A stretch of DNA of 64,000 nt, from positions 7,135 to 71,134 of the forward strand of contig DATEGE010000147.1 in the NCBI GenBank assembly GCA_035280265.1. The letters run 5' to 3'. This document shows, piece by piece, positions 28,273 through 37,157 of this stretch (its first letter is position 1; the number at the start of each line of letters is the position of its first letter). Made by a program: the position numbers and the translations under genes. Source of the stretch: Gemmatimonadales bacterium (GTDB taxonomy: Bacteria > Gemmatimonadota > Gemmatimonadetes > Gemmatimonadales > GWC2-71-9). The notes beneath the pieces were generated by a model that was not told the origin of the DNA, ran no database searches, and was given only the letters and a program-made list of their open reading frames with translations.

Positions 28273-28326
28273 CCGCGGGAGCGCCGATCGGATGGCTCGA
28301 GCCATCTCCCCCAGGCGCTCCCGCGG
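28273..28326 (+). terminator. nested hairpin after the basic-protein gene
   Basis: CCGCGGGAGCGC (28273-84) is perfectly complementary to GCGCTCCCGCGG (28315-26). It encloses the palindrome GATGGCTCGAGCCATC. Confidence 0.6.
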
Positions 28327-28370
28327 TACGTTTGTGACCATCCCCCAATCCCCGAGCGAGAGGCGTTGCG

Positions 28371-28820
28371 ATGACGGTTGCACGGTGGGCGTTGCGCGCG
28401 TCGCTGGTGCTCGTGGTTGCCGGTTGCGCCAGCGGCGGCGACCCGGCGGCCGAGATCGCCGCGATGCTGCGGCGCAGCGCGACCGACTGGAATCGCGGCG
28501 ATCTCGCGGGCTTCATGGGCGATTACGCGCGCGATTCGCTCACCAGCTACGTCAACGCGGGGCACGTCCAGTACGGCTGGCAGAAGCTGTACGATCGCTA
28601 CCAGGCCGTGTACTTCGCCCCCGGCAAGGCGCGCGACTCGCTCGCCTTCGAGGAAGTGCAGGTGCGGCCGCTCGGCCCTGACCTGGCGCTCTGCACGGCT
28701 CGCTTCAAGCTGCGGCGTCGCGACGCGGTGACGGCGAGCGGACCATTCACGTTGCTGCTGCAGAAGCGGAACGGGCGCTGGCAGATCCTGCACGACCACA
28801 CCTCGAGCGACCCGAAGTGA
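28371..28820 (+). CDS. SnoaL-like/DUF4440 (NTF2 fold) lipoprotein
   Basis: It has the lipobox LVVAGC. The pattern WNRGDLAGFMGDY...GRWQILHDHTS is typical of DUF4440. Confidence 0.6.
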   Translation: MTVARWALRASLVLVVAGCASGGDPAAEIAAMLRRSATDWNRGDLAGFMGDYARDSLTSYVNAGHVQYGWQKLYDRYQAVYFAPGKARDSLAFEEVQVRPLGPDLALCTARFKLRRRDAVTASGPFTLLLQKRNGRWQILHDHTSSDPK

Positions 28821-30187
28821 AGTCAGTCGGCTGTCCGCTGATGTTCTTGACCGCCGCCGTTGTCTTGATGGCGGTCTCGTGCGGTTCATCGGGTGATGGA
28901 GTCATCGCCCTCGAGGGAGCCACATTGATCGACGGCACGGGGGGCGAGCCCGTGAAGGACGCCCTCGTGCTGATCCAGAACGGACACATCGAGGCCGTGG
29001 CCCGTGTCAACGACGTGCCGGTGCCTCGGGGCGCGCAGGTCGTGAACCTGATCGGGAAGACGATCATCCCGGGGCTGATCGACGCGCACGCGCATGTCGA
29101 GCGGTGGGCCGCGGAACGCTACCTCGCGTGGGGCGTCACGACGGTTCGCGACCTCGGGGCCGCGAGCACGGACTCGTTGATCGCGTTGAAGAACGCGTTC
29201 GACCTCGGCTCGGTGCGGGGGCCGCGCATGTTCACCTCGGGGGCGATGATCGACGGCGCGCCACCCACCTACCCCACGGCCACGGCGGTGCGGACGGCCG
29301 TCGAGGTCCGCAAGGCGGTGGACCAGCGCGCGGTGGCGGGGGCAGACTACATCAAGATCTACACCAAGTTCACTCCCGACCTCCTCAAGCCCCTGCTGGA
29401 CGAGGCGACGACGCTGCGATTTCCCATCGCGGCGCACCTCGGCAAGATGGATGCGCTTACCGCCGCGCGCGGGGGGGTCGCCTCACTCGAGCACATGGCG
29501 GGCGTCGTGCAGACGGCCAGCCGTAATCCCGCGTACGCGAGCGGCCACGACCAATTCCTGCGTGGCTGGACCGCCGAAGAGAAGGGCTGGGCCACGCTCG
29601 ATTCCGCCGCGGTCGCGCAGACGGCGCGGGCGCTGGCGGCCACGCGAGTCGCGATCGTACCCACCCTGGTCCTCCACGAGATGCTGTCCCGGCTCGACAA
29701 CCCCACGCTCATGACGCGCCCCGGCATGGAGGACGTGCCGGCGAGCGCGGCGAGCGTGCGCGACGTCCCTGGGCTGCTGCGCCGCACCGGGTGGCGCGGC
29801 GCCGATCTCCAGGCGTTCCGACGGTCACGCGCGCGCCAGGATCAATTCGTGCGCGAGTTCAAGCGCGCCGGCGGGCTGATCGCCGCCGGCTCGGACGCCG
29901 CCAACCAGCTGCTCGTGCCGGGCCTGTCACTGCACGAGGAGCTGAGCCTGCTCGTCGCCGCCGGGCTCACGCCGATCGAGGCGGTGACCACCGCGACCCG
30001 CAAAGCGGCCCAGCTGTTGCGCGCCGACTCGCTCGGCCGCGTGGTGAAGGGCGCCGTCGCCGACCTGGTCGTCCTCGACGCCAACCCGGCGCGGGACATC
30101 GGCGCCACACGGCGTATCAGGTGGGTGATGATCCGTGGACAGATCATCCATCCCGATTCGTTGAGGAGAACATGGGCAAACAGATGA
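28817..30187 (+). CDS. amidohydrolase family protein (lipoprotein)
   Basis: It has a signal/lipobox LMAVSCG, the metal motif GLIDAHAHV, and a C-terminal GSDA...HEEL region. Its start overlaps the previous stop. Confidence 0.75.
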   Translation: MKSVGCPLMFLTAAVVLMAVSCGSSGDGVIALEGATLIDGTGGEPVKDALVLIQNGHIEAVARVNDVPVPRGAQVVNLIGKTIIPGLIDAHAHVERWAAERYLAWGVTTVRDLGAASTDSLIALKNAFDLGSVRGPRMFTSGAMIDGAPPTYPTATAVRTAVEVRKAVDQRAVAGADYIKIYTKFTPDLLKPLLDEATTLRFPIAAHLGKMDALTAARGGVASLEHMAGVVQTASRNPAYASGHDQFLRGWTAEEKGWATLDSAAVAQTARALAATRVAIVPTLVLHEMLSRLDNPTLMTRPGMEDVPASAASVRDVPGLLRRTGWRGADLQAFRRSRARQDQFVREFKRAGGLIAAGSDAANQLLVPGLSLHEELSLLVAAGLTPIEAVTTATRKAAQLLRADSLGRVVKGAVADLVVLDANPARDIGATRRIRWVMIRGQIIHPDSLRRTWANR

Positions 30188-31884
30188 GAGCGGCGTTGCT
30201 CGCCGTGCTCGCGGCGGTGGGGTGCGGCGAACGTGAGGCCGGCCGCTCCGGCCCCCACGACGTGGTCCTCAGGAACGGCTGGATCGTGGATGGCAGCGGC
30301 AATCCGCGCTACCGCGGCGACGTCGCCATCCGCGACGACAAGATCGCCGCCGTGGGCTTCTTGAACGGCGGCGCGGCCCGTGAGACCGTCGACGTGAGCG
30401 GCCTGATCGTGGCCCCCGGGTTCATCGACATGATGGGCCAGTCCGAGATCAACGTGCTGATCGACAACCGCGTGCTCTCGAAGATCACCCAGGGCGTCAC
30501 CACCGAGGTCACCGGGGAGGGAGGCTCCGTCGCGCCGCTCACCGACCAGCTGGCCCGCGACGATTCGGACGCCATGAAGAAGTGGCACTATCGTGAGGAC
30601 TGGCGCGACCTGGACGGCTATTTCGCGCAGCTCGAGAAGCAGCGGTCCGCCCTCAACATCGCGACGTTCGTGGGAGCGACACAGGTGCGACTCGCGGTGA
30701 TCGGGAAGGACGACCGCCAGCCGACGGCCGCGGAGCTCACGCACATGACGGCGATCGTGGACTCCCTCATGGAGCAGGGGGCACTGGGGGTGTGGACCGC
30801 GCTCGAATATGCCCCCGCCAGCTATTCCAAGACCGAAGAGATCATCGCGCTCGCCAAAGCGGCGCGACGCCACGGCGGCATCTACGCGTCCCACATGCGG
30901 AACGAGGGAGCGCGCATCGACGACGCCCTGGACGAGGTATTCCGTATCGCGCGCGAGGCCGACATCCCCGCGGAGATCTCGCACCTGAAAGTCTCGGGCC
31001 GGCAGAGCTGGGGACGCATGTCCCGAGTGTTGACGCGCATCGACTCCGCGCGGGCCGCGGGGCTGGACGTGACGGCGGACCAGTACCCGTACGTCCGCGC
31101 CGCGACGGCCCTCGATGCCTCGATCCCCACCTGGGCGGAGAACGGCGGTTGGGACTCGCTGCTCGCCCGGCTCCGCAATCCCGCGACCCGCGCGCGGCTG
31201 CGCGAAGAGATGCTGCGTCCCCAGGGACCGGAGAGCTTCTATTATGAGGCGGGCGGCGGCGCCGGCGTGCTGATCACGGGCACGTTCCAGGATTCGCTGC
31301 GCTCCCTCCAGGGCAAAACCATCGCGCAGATCGCCGCGGCACGGCACAAGGACGAGGTCGAGACGCTGTTCGACGTCGTGCTGGCGGAAGGTGGACACCG
31401 CACCGACGCCGTGTATGCCGTGATGGACGAGTCCGACGTGCAGGCCGCGATGAAGACGTGGTGGGTGGCCGTGAACACCGACTTCGGGGGAGTGGCGCCG
31501 GATGGGCCGTTCGGCACTCAGTCCGCGCACCCGCGCGCCTACGGGACCTTTGCGAAAATCCTCGGTCACTACGCGCGCGACTCGAAGTTATTCCCGCTCG
31601 AGTTCGCGGTGCGCAAGATGACTGGGCTCGCCGCGCAGCGGGTGGGGCTGCACGACCGCGGGCTGCTGAAGCCGGGAATGGCGGCGGACATCACCGTGTT
31701 CGACGCCGCGACGGTGGCGGACAAGGCGACCTTCGAACAGCCGCATCAACCCTCCGTCGGGTTCGCGTACGTGTTCGTGAACGGGCAGAAGGTGCTGGAC
31801 CACGGCACGCTGACGGCGGCGCGCCCGGGCCGGGGACTGCGCGGAGCGGGGTACGTACCGCGGGGGGCGCGCGCCAGGCGGTGA
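30184..31884 (+). CDS. N-acyl-D-amino-acid deacylase (D-aminoacylase) family amidohydrolase, lipoprotein
   Basis: This is part of ORF 29791..31884. The start is ATG 30184 (ATGA overlap) or 30172. The signal is ALLAVLAAVGCG. Motifs are VVLRNGWIVDGSG, PGFID, IYASHMRNEG and ISHLKVSG. Confidence 0.75.
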   Translation: MRAALLAVLAAVGCGEREAGRSGPHDVVLRNGWIVDGSGNPRYRGDVAIRDDKIAAVGFLNGGAARETVDVSGLIVAPGFIDMMGQSEINVLIDNRVLSKITQGVTTEVTGEGGSVAPLTDQLARDDSDAMKKWHYREDWRDLDGYFAQLEKQRSALNIATFVGATQVRLAVIGKDDRQPTAAELTHMTAIVDSLMEQGALGVWTALEYAPASYSKTEEIIALAKAARRHGGIYASHMRNEGARIDDALDEVFRIAREADIPAEISHLKVSGRQSWGRMSRVLTRIDSARAAGLDVTADQYPYVRAATALDASIPTWAENGGWDSLLARLRNPATRARLREEMLRPQGPESFYYEAGGGAGVLITGTFQDSLRSLQGKTIAQIAAARHKDEVETLFDVVLAEGGHRTDAVYAVMDESDVQAAMKTWWVAVNTDFGGVAPDGPFGTQSAHPRAYGTFAKILGHYARDSKLFPLEFAVRKMTGLAAQRVGLHDRGLLKPGMAADITVFDAATVADKATFEQPHQPSVGFAYVFVNGQKVLDHGTLTAARPGRGLRGAGYVPRGARARR

Positions 31885-32264
31885 CCCTGACGCGGCTCGT
31901 GCTCGCGTGGTTGCCGGTCGCCGCGTGGTTCGTGATCGCGACCTACGGGACGGCGGTGCTCATCGCGCAGGTGTCGCGGCCGACCGATCAGCCCGGCGAT
32001 ATGACGAGCTTCCTGCTCGTACTGCTCAAGTGGCGGATCGTCGAGGCTGCTCTCCTCACGCTGTTCGCGTCGCTGTGGTTCGACTCGCTGGGCAGCCGCG
32101 GCTGGTGGCTGCTGTTCCTGCTGGTCGGCGCGCTGGTGACGATTCCGACCTGGCTACAGCCGGGGCCAGCGGTCCGTCCGCGACGTGTCGCCCTGTCCGG
32201 CGCCGCTGCCGACCTCGCGCGCTACGTCCTCGCCGGCGCCATTCTCGCCTGGAGACTCGGATAG
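31881..32264 (+). CDS. small hypothetical membrane protein (about 4 TM)
   Basis: A GTG start overlaps the upstream TGA (GTGA). Hydrophobic segments include LVLAWLPVAAWFVIATYGTAVLI and WWLLFLLVGALVTIPTWL. Confidence 0.5.
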   Translation: MTLTRLVLAWLPVAAWFVIATYGTAVLIAQVSRPTDQPGDMTSFLLVLLKWRIVEAALLTLFASLWFDSLGSRGWWLLFLLVGALVTIPTWLQPGPAVRPRRVALSGAAADLARYVLAGAILAWRLG

Positions 32265-32283
32265 GGTATCTTCGGTAGACCGT

Positions 32284-33339
32284 ATGTCTACCACCTCTGT
32301 GGCCGCGATCCGGCTGACCCGCTATTCGCACGGCGCGGGCTGAGCCTGCAAACTCGGGAGCTCCGAGTTGGCGCAGGTCTTGCGCCACGTGCCAGTCGCG
32401 ACGGATCCTCGGATCCTCGTCGACGCCTCGAGCCGCGATGACGCCGCCGTTTTCCAGGTGGCTCCCGATCGCGCGATCGTGGCGACCGTGGATTTTTTCA
32501 CGCCCATCGTGGACGATCCGTACGACTTTGGGCGCATCGCCGCGACCAACGCCTTCTCGGACGTCTACGCGATGGGTGCGACGCCACTGCTGGCCCTGAA
32601 CCTCGTCGGCTGGCCGCGCGACACGCTGCCGTTCGAGCTCTTGGGCGAGGTGATTCGCGGCGGGGCCGACGTGGCCCGTGACGCGCGCGCCTTCGTGTTG
32701 GGCGGCCACTCCGTGGACGATCCCGAGCCGAAGTACGGGATGGTGGTGATCGGCGAGACTCACCCCGAGCGCATCGTGAAAAACGCCGGCGCGCGCCCGG
32801 GCGACGCCCTGGTCCTCACCAAGCCGCTGGGCACCGGGGTGCTCACCACCGCCCTGAAGCGCGACCTCGTCACGGAGTCCGATCTGGCGGAAGCGGTGAG
32901 GGCCATGACGACCCTCAACGCCGGGGCGGCGCGCGCGATGCTCGCGGTGGGCGTCCATGCGGCCACCGACGTCACCGGGTTCGGCTTGCTGGGCCACTTG
33001 CGCACCATGCTCGAAGCGAGCGGGGCGGCGGCGGAGGTTCGCGCGGCGGCGGTGCCCTTGTTACCCCACGCCCGGGAGCTGGCCGAGCGGGGCGCGGTCC
33101 CCGGCGGCACCGAGCGAAACGCCGAGAGCGTCGCCGACACGACCACGTTCGGCACCGCCGTGGACCTCACCACGCGCCTGCTGCTCGCCGACGCCCAGAC
33201 ATCGGGCGGCCTGCTGATCTCGGTCGAGTCGCAGCGGGCGCCGGCACTGGTGGCGGCGCTCGAGCGCGAGGCGACGCCCGCCCGAGCCGTGATCGGTCGG
33301 GTGGTCGAGGGACCGGCCGGTCGGATCAGGGTGGCGTGA
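32284..33339 (+). CDS. selD: selenide, water dikinase (selenophosphate synthetase) with in-frame UGA = selenocysteine at codon 20
   Basis: ATG 32284 gives MSTTSVAAIRLTRYSHGAG-TGA-ACKLGSSELAQVL..., continuous with ORF 32368..33339. It aligns with E. coli SelD IRLTQYSHGAGCGCK, where Cys17 is catalytic. Confidence 0.85.
32348..32372 (+). promoter_or_regulatory. putative SECIS-like hairpin downstream of the selD UGA
   Basis: AACTCGG-gagct-CCGAGTT (32351-69) has a possible lower extension (GC...GC). It begins 5-8 nt after UGA 32341-43. Confidence 0.5.
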
Positions 33340-33352
33340 TGGGGAAGGGCCG

Positions 33353-33589
33353 ATGACCGCGATCCCCGAGTTCTCGAGCCTCACCCCCGCCGCGCTCGAC
33401 GCGTTGGAGCGGGCGGTGCGGGAACGGCGGCGCGTGGCGCTGCGCCGACGCGGCACGGAGTACGTCGTGGTGGCGGAGCGTCTCTCGACGGCCACGCGCA
33501 ACGAAGCACTAGAAGGACGGTTGCCGATGACGGGCGAGCTGCTGGCGTTCCCGTTGCGTGAGCTCGAGTCGTTCGCGGTGCTGCCCTAA
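33353..33589 (+). CDS. hypothetical small protein
   Basis: ORF track, 78 aa. It is tightly packed between selD and usp. I recognise no motif. Confidence 0.4.
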   Translation: MTAIPEFSSLTPAALDALERAVRERRRVALRRRGTEYVVVAERLSTATRNEALEGRLPMTGELLAFPLRELESFAVLP

Positions 33590-33592
33590 GTC

Positions 33593-34345
33593 ATGTTCAC
33601 CCGCCTGCTGGTGGGATTGGACGGCAGCCCGCAGGCCGATGCCGCCTTCGAGCAAGCGGTGCTGTTGGGAAAGCGGTTCGGCAGCTCGCTCATCGTGGCG
33701 TACGTGCGCGAGCCCCACGCGGAGCAGGTCGACGGCGCCGCGATGCTCGATCGGGCGCGGGACCGGGTGGTGGCCGCGGGTCTACAGATCGAGACGGCGG
33801 CCTTGACGGGTCACCCGGACGTCGAGCTCGCCGAGCTCGCGAAAACCGCGGACGCGGTGTTGGTGGGCCGCCGCGGGGTCGCGACCAAGCGGGACACGCT
33901 CGGCCCCACCGTCGTTTCGCTGATCCGTATCGCAGAGCGGTGCGTGATCGTCTGCGGTGGCGTGCCGTCGCCGATGCACTCGATCGCGGTCGCGTTCGAC
34001 GGACGCGACACCAGTCGCCGCGCGCTGGAGCTCGCGATGCAGTTCGCGAGCGTCGCAGAGAGCACCGTCCACATTATCCACGCCAACGAGGACCGTGAGG
34101 ACGGCCTCAAGGTGGTGGGGGTGGCCGAGGCGACGCTCTCGCTCCAACGCGTCGCGTTCGTCACGCATGTCGAGCGCGGCAAGCCGGGGGAGGTCGTGGC
34201 CCGTGTCATCCAGCGCACGCACTGCGACGCGTTGTTCGCCGGCGCGCACATGAGCCATGCCAACGGGCGCCCCAGCGCCGTGGTGGTGTCCCACGCGGAG
34301 GAGATCCTGCGTCACACCGACATTCCGGTCGTGATCCAGCCCTGA
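33593..34345 (+). CDS. universal stress protein (tandem Usp domains)
   Basis: It has two ~120-aa halves, each starting (L/I)LVG(L/F)DGS-like (RLLVGLDGSPQADAA and IAVAFDGRDTSRRAL). Confidence 0.65.
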   Translation: MFTRLLVGLDGSPQADAAFEQAVLLGKRFGSSLIVAYVREPHAEQVDGAAMLDRARDRVVAAGLQIETAALTGHPDVELAELAKTADAVLVGRRGVATKRDTLGPTVVSLIRIAERCVIVCGGVPSPMHSIAVAFDGRDTSRRALELAMQFASVAESTVHIIHANEDREDGLKVVGVAEATLSLQRVAFVTHVERGKPGEVVARVIQRTHCDALFAGAHMSHANGRPSAVVVSHAEEILRHTDIPVVIQP

Positions 34346-34346
34346 G

Positions 34347-34940
34347 ATGGCAGGCACGCCCCCCCCCACGGCGCGCGTCCTGGTCCACGCCGACGAGAGC
34401 TGCCTCGGCAACGACGGCTCGAAGCCCTGTCCCGGTGGCAACGCGGCGCTGATCGAAGCGCCGGCCGGGGACAGCGTGGCACGGTGGGATTTCTACGAGT
34501 CGTCGCCCCGGACCACGAACAACAAGATGGCCCTCGCCGGCGCGATCGCTACCTTGGAATGGATCCGCCGGCAGTGGAAGCACGCCCGCGTGGTGTACGT
34601 CTCCGATTCCCAATACCTGGTGAAAGGCATGAACGAGTGGGTGGCGGGCTGGGCGGCGCGCGGCTGGAAGCGCAAGGGCGGGGCGCTCGAGAACCTCGAG
34701 CTTTGGCAGAAGCTCGTGCAGGCCACGGCCGCGCATCAGGTCGTATGGCGCTGGGTGGAAGGCCACGCGGGCCAGGCGAAGAACGAATACGCCGACTTCC
34801 TGGCAACACGGGCCGCCGACCGTCAGGACCGGTCCAACGGCTTGGTGCCCTCGGGCTTCGACACGTGGCTTGGTGAACAGCGTGCCCGCGGGCAGTACAT
34901 CGCGTATGACCCCGATCGGGAGATCCATGAGCGTCTTTAA
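34347..34940 (+). CDS. RNase HI homologue with a C-terminal extension; catalytic Glu position is Ala
   Basis: ADESCLGN...TTNNKMALAGAI...VSDSQY...EGHAGQAKNEYADFLA aligns with E. coli TDGSCLGN...TTNNRMELMAAI...STDSQY...KGHAGHPENERCDELA. Confidence 0.7.
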   Translation: MAGTPPPTARVLVHADESCLGNDGSKPCPGGNAALIEAPAGDSVARWDFYESSPRTTNNKMALAGAIATLEWIRRQWKHARVVYVSDSQYLVKGMNEWVAGWAARGWKRKGGALENLELWQKLVQATAAHQVVWRWVEGHAGQAKNEYADFLATRAADRQDRSNGLVPSGFDTWLGEQRARGQYIAYDPDREIHERL

Positions 34941-35430
34941 AGACGGCGTCACCGCCAACACTCATTCCCTGAACATGCTGGCCGATGGCGCGTCCCCGCC
35001 CCCGGTGGATCGGATCCCGCTGTACGAGGTGTACATGCGCATGGCCGAGGAACTGGCCAAACGGTCTACCTGCGCCCGGCTCCAGGTCGGAACCGTCGTG
35101 ACCGACCAGCGGCTCGAGAACGTGCTCGCGATCGGCTACAACGGTAACGCGCGCGGCCTCCCGAACAAGTGTGATTCCACGGTGCCCGGGAATTGCGGCT
35201 GCATTCACTCCGAGATGAACGCGCTCGTGAAGGCGCCGGGGAGCGCGCGCGACAAGGTCGTGTTCATCAGCGCGTCGCCGTGCGTGATGTGCGCCAAGCT
35301 GATCATAAACTCCGGCGTGACGCACGTGTTCTATCGCAAAGCGTATCGTGACCCGTCTGGCATCGAAGTCTTGGCGCAGGGCGGCGTTACGCCAGTGCTG
35401 TACGACAAGTGGACAGGAGAGTGGAGATGA
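34927..35430 (+). CDS. dCMP deaminase / ComEB-type cytidine-deoxycytidylate deaminase
   Basis: Start is MSVFKDG at 34927. The zinc motifs are CIHSEMNAL and SPCVMCAKLIINSG. Confidence 0.8.
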   Translation: MSVFKDGVTANTHSLNMLADGASPPPVDRIPLYEVYMRMAEELAKRSTCARLQVGTVVTDQRLENVLAIGYNGNARGLPNKCDSTVPGNCGCIHSEMNALVKAPGSARDKVVFISASPCVMCAKLIINSGVTHVFYRKAYRDPSGIEVLAQGGVTPVLYDKWTGEWR

Positions 35431-36491
35431 GGGCAACGCTTTCGTTCCTCCTCGTGGGTATGGCGGGTCCCCTGTCGGGCCAATCGTTGCTGTACCGCCC
35501 GCCCAATCTCGGCGGCACGTGGGTGCCCGATGCGGGCGTGGTACAGTTCAACTTCGTGCATCGGTTCTATGTGAGTCCGGGACCATCGCACGCGGTGGTG
35601 AACTTTCCGAACTTCACCATCGCAGCGGGTTTTCCAGGGCGAGTCGCCCTCGGCGCACATTTCGCGACGCGATCGTTACTCGTTGGGACGGGCAACGGTG
35701 CCCAGTCGAGTAATGAGACCGAGCTGTTCGGCCGCTGGCGCGTCTACGGCGCCGAAGGTCGACCAGGCTTCGGCGTCGCTGTGACCCCAGCGTACAACCT
35801 GCTGGCAAAGAGCTTCGATGGCGAAGTCGGACTTGACTGGACGCGGGGCGCGCTTACGCTGCACGGGGCTGGGCGGGCCGTGTCACGACGGTTAGGTCAG
35901 TCCGGAAAGTCGGCCGCCGCTTTTGCCGGCGGCTTCAATGCTCGCCTGAATCAATACGTCGCCGTCAGCGCCGACGCCGGCTCGTTCGTCAGCCCGACGG
36001 TCCGTGCGGCCTGGAGCGCGGCACTCAACTTGTTGATACCGGGTTCCCCGCACACGTTCTCACTGCAGGCGAGCAACGCCACCAGCGCGTCGATTCAAGG
36101 CACGTCCGAGGGCATTTCGTCCCCGAAGAACATCCTCTACGGCTTCGAGTTCACGATCCCGCTCCATCTGAAGCGCTTCAGCCCCTGGTTTCACAAGTCG
36201 CCCAAGGCGGTCACGCTCGGCGCGCCCCCCGGAACGGCCGTGGCCGCCGAGGTCCGGATGAGCGCGCTCAAGTTCGCGGGCGAGACCGTACCGATCTCCG
36301 CGGGACAGGCGGTACGCTGGACCAACGCCGATCCGGTGGAGCACACGGTCACGTTCGACGGCGGTACCGAAGCCGGGTCCCCGGTGATCCCGCCCAACGC
36401 GTCGTACATCCACCGCTTCGACCGGCCGGGCACGTATCCCTATCACTGCACCCCGCACCCGTTCATGAAGGGCGTGATCGTCGTACGGTGA
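35427..36491 (+). CDS. secreted protein: unknown ~250-aa N-terminal domain fused to a C-terminal type-1 copper (cupredoxin) domain
   Basis: The ATG overlaps the upstream TGA. The signal is MRATLSFLLVGMAGPLSGQ. The C-terminus has VEHTVTFD...YPYHCTPHPFMKGVIVV (His, Cys, His and Met ligands). Confidence 0.7.
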   Translation: MRATLSFLLVGMAGPLSGQSLLYRPPNLGGTWVPDAGVVQFNFVHRFYVSPGPSHAVVNFPNFTIAAGFPGRVALGAHFATRSLLVGTGNGAQSSNETELFGRWRVYGAEGRPGFGVAVTPAYNLLAKSFDGEVGLDWTRGALTLHGAGRAVSRRLGQSGKSAAAFAGGFNARLNQYVAVSADAGSFVSPTVRAAWSAALNLLIPGSPHTFSLQASNATSASIQGTSEGISSPKNILYGFEFTIPLHLKRFSPWFHKSPKAVTLGAPPGTAVAAEVRMSALKFAGETVPISAGQAVRWTNADPVEHTVTFDGGTEAGSPVIPPNASYIHRFDRPGTYPYHCTPHPFMKGVIVVR

Positions 36492-36494
36492 TCG

Positions 36495-37157
36495 ATGCCT
36501 GACGATCTGGACCGCCTGTTCGAGCGCCTGGTGAGCGTGCTCGCCGACGACGCCCCGGGCCGACTCGCCGTTCCGTTCCCCGCGGCGGAAGTGTACGAGC
36601 GGCTCGTCCCGTACCGCTCCAATCGCTCGATGCTGAAGGTCGCGACCCATCAGGACTACGAGATGGCGGTGCTTCGGTTGCTCGCGGGCGAGCGTGGATA
36701 CGCGACGCTCGAGCCGGCCGAAGTCCGGGACGCGCTGCTGCGTGAGACGGGAGAGTCGAACCCTGACACCGGCCTGTTCCGACAGTTTCCCGATGCGATC
36801 CTGAGCCTCAACCGGCTGGCGGCCGAGCGATTCCTGCGGGGAGACCGCGCCTACGCGCCGCCACCCCCGCCGCCGCTTTCGACGGTCCCCGAGGCAGCCG
36901 ACGCCGCCGAGCCCGAGGAGGAGGAGCCGGACAAGGCTCCGCTCGCGGGCGCGGCCTTCGAGCTCGCTGAGCAGAGCGAGTCCCCGCGCCAATGCCCGTA
37001 TTGCGGCGAGACGCTCCCCGGGAGCCGCAAGGTGAACTTCTGCCCGCAGTGCGGGCAGCCGCCCTCCGGGGAGCTCCGCTGCCCGGCGTGCGGCGGGGAA
37101 GTAGATGTCGGGTGGCGCTACTGCGTGAGCTGCGGTCGGGCGACGGGCTTCGAGTGA
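36495..37157 (+). CDS. hypothetical protein with a C-terminal double zinc ribbon
   Basis: The zinc ribbons are CPYCGETLPGSRKVNFCPQCG and CPACGGEVDVGWRYCVSCG. A proline/acidic linker precedes them. Confidence 0.6.
   Translation: MPDDLDRLFERLVSVLADDAPGRLAVPFPAAEVYERLVPYRSNRSMLKVATHQDYEMAVLRLLAGERGYATLEPAEVRDALLRETGESNPDTGLFRQFPDAILSLNRLAAERFLRGDRAYAPPPPPPLSTVPEAADAAEPEEEEPDKAPLAGAAFELAEQSESPRQCPYCGETLPGSRKVNFCPQCGQPPSGELRCPACGGEVDVGWRYCVSCGRATGFE

Noticed and set aside
32368-33339. The ORF-track start of selD at TTG 32368.
   Set aside because: It would delete the conserved catalytic N-terminus. The upstream in-frame sequence matches SelD through a UGA at the Cys/Sec position, so I extended the gene to ATG 32284.
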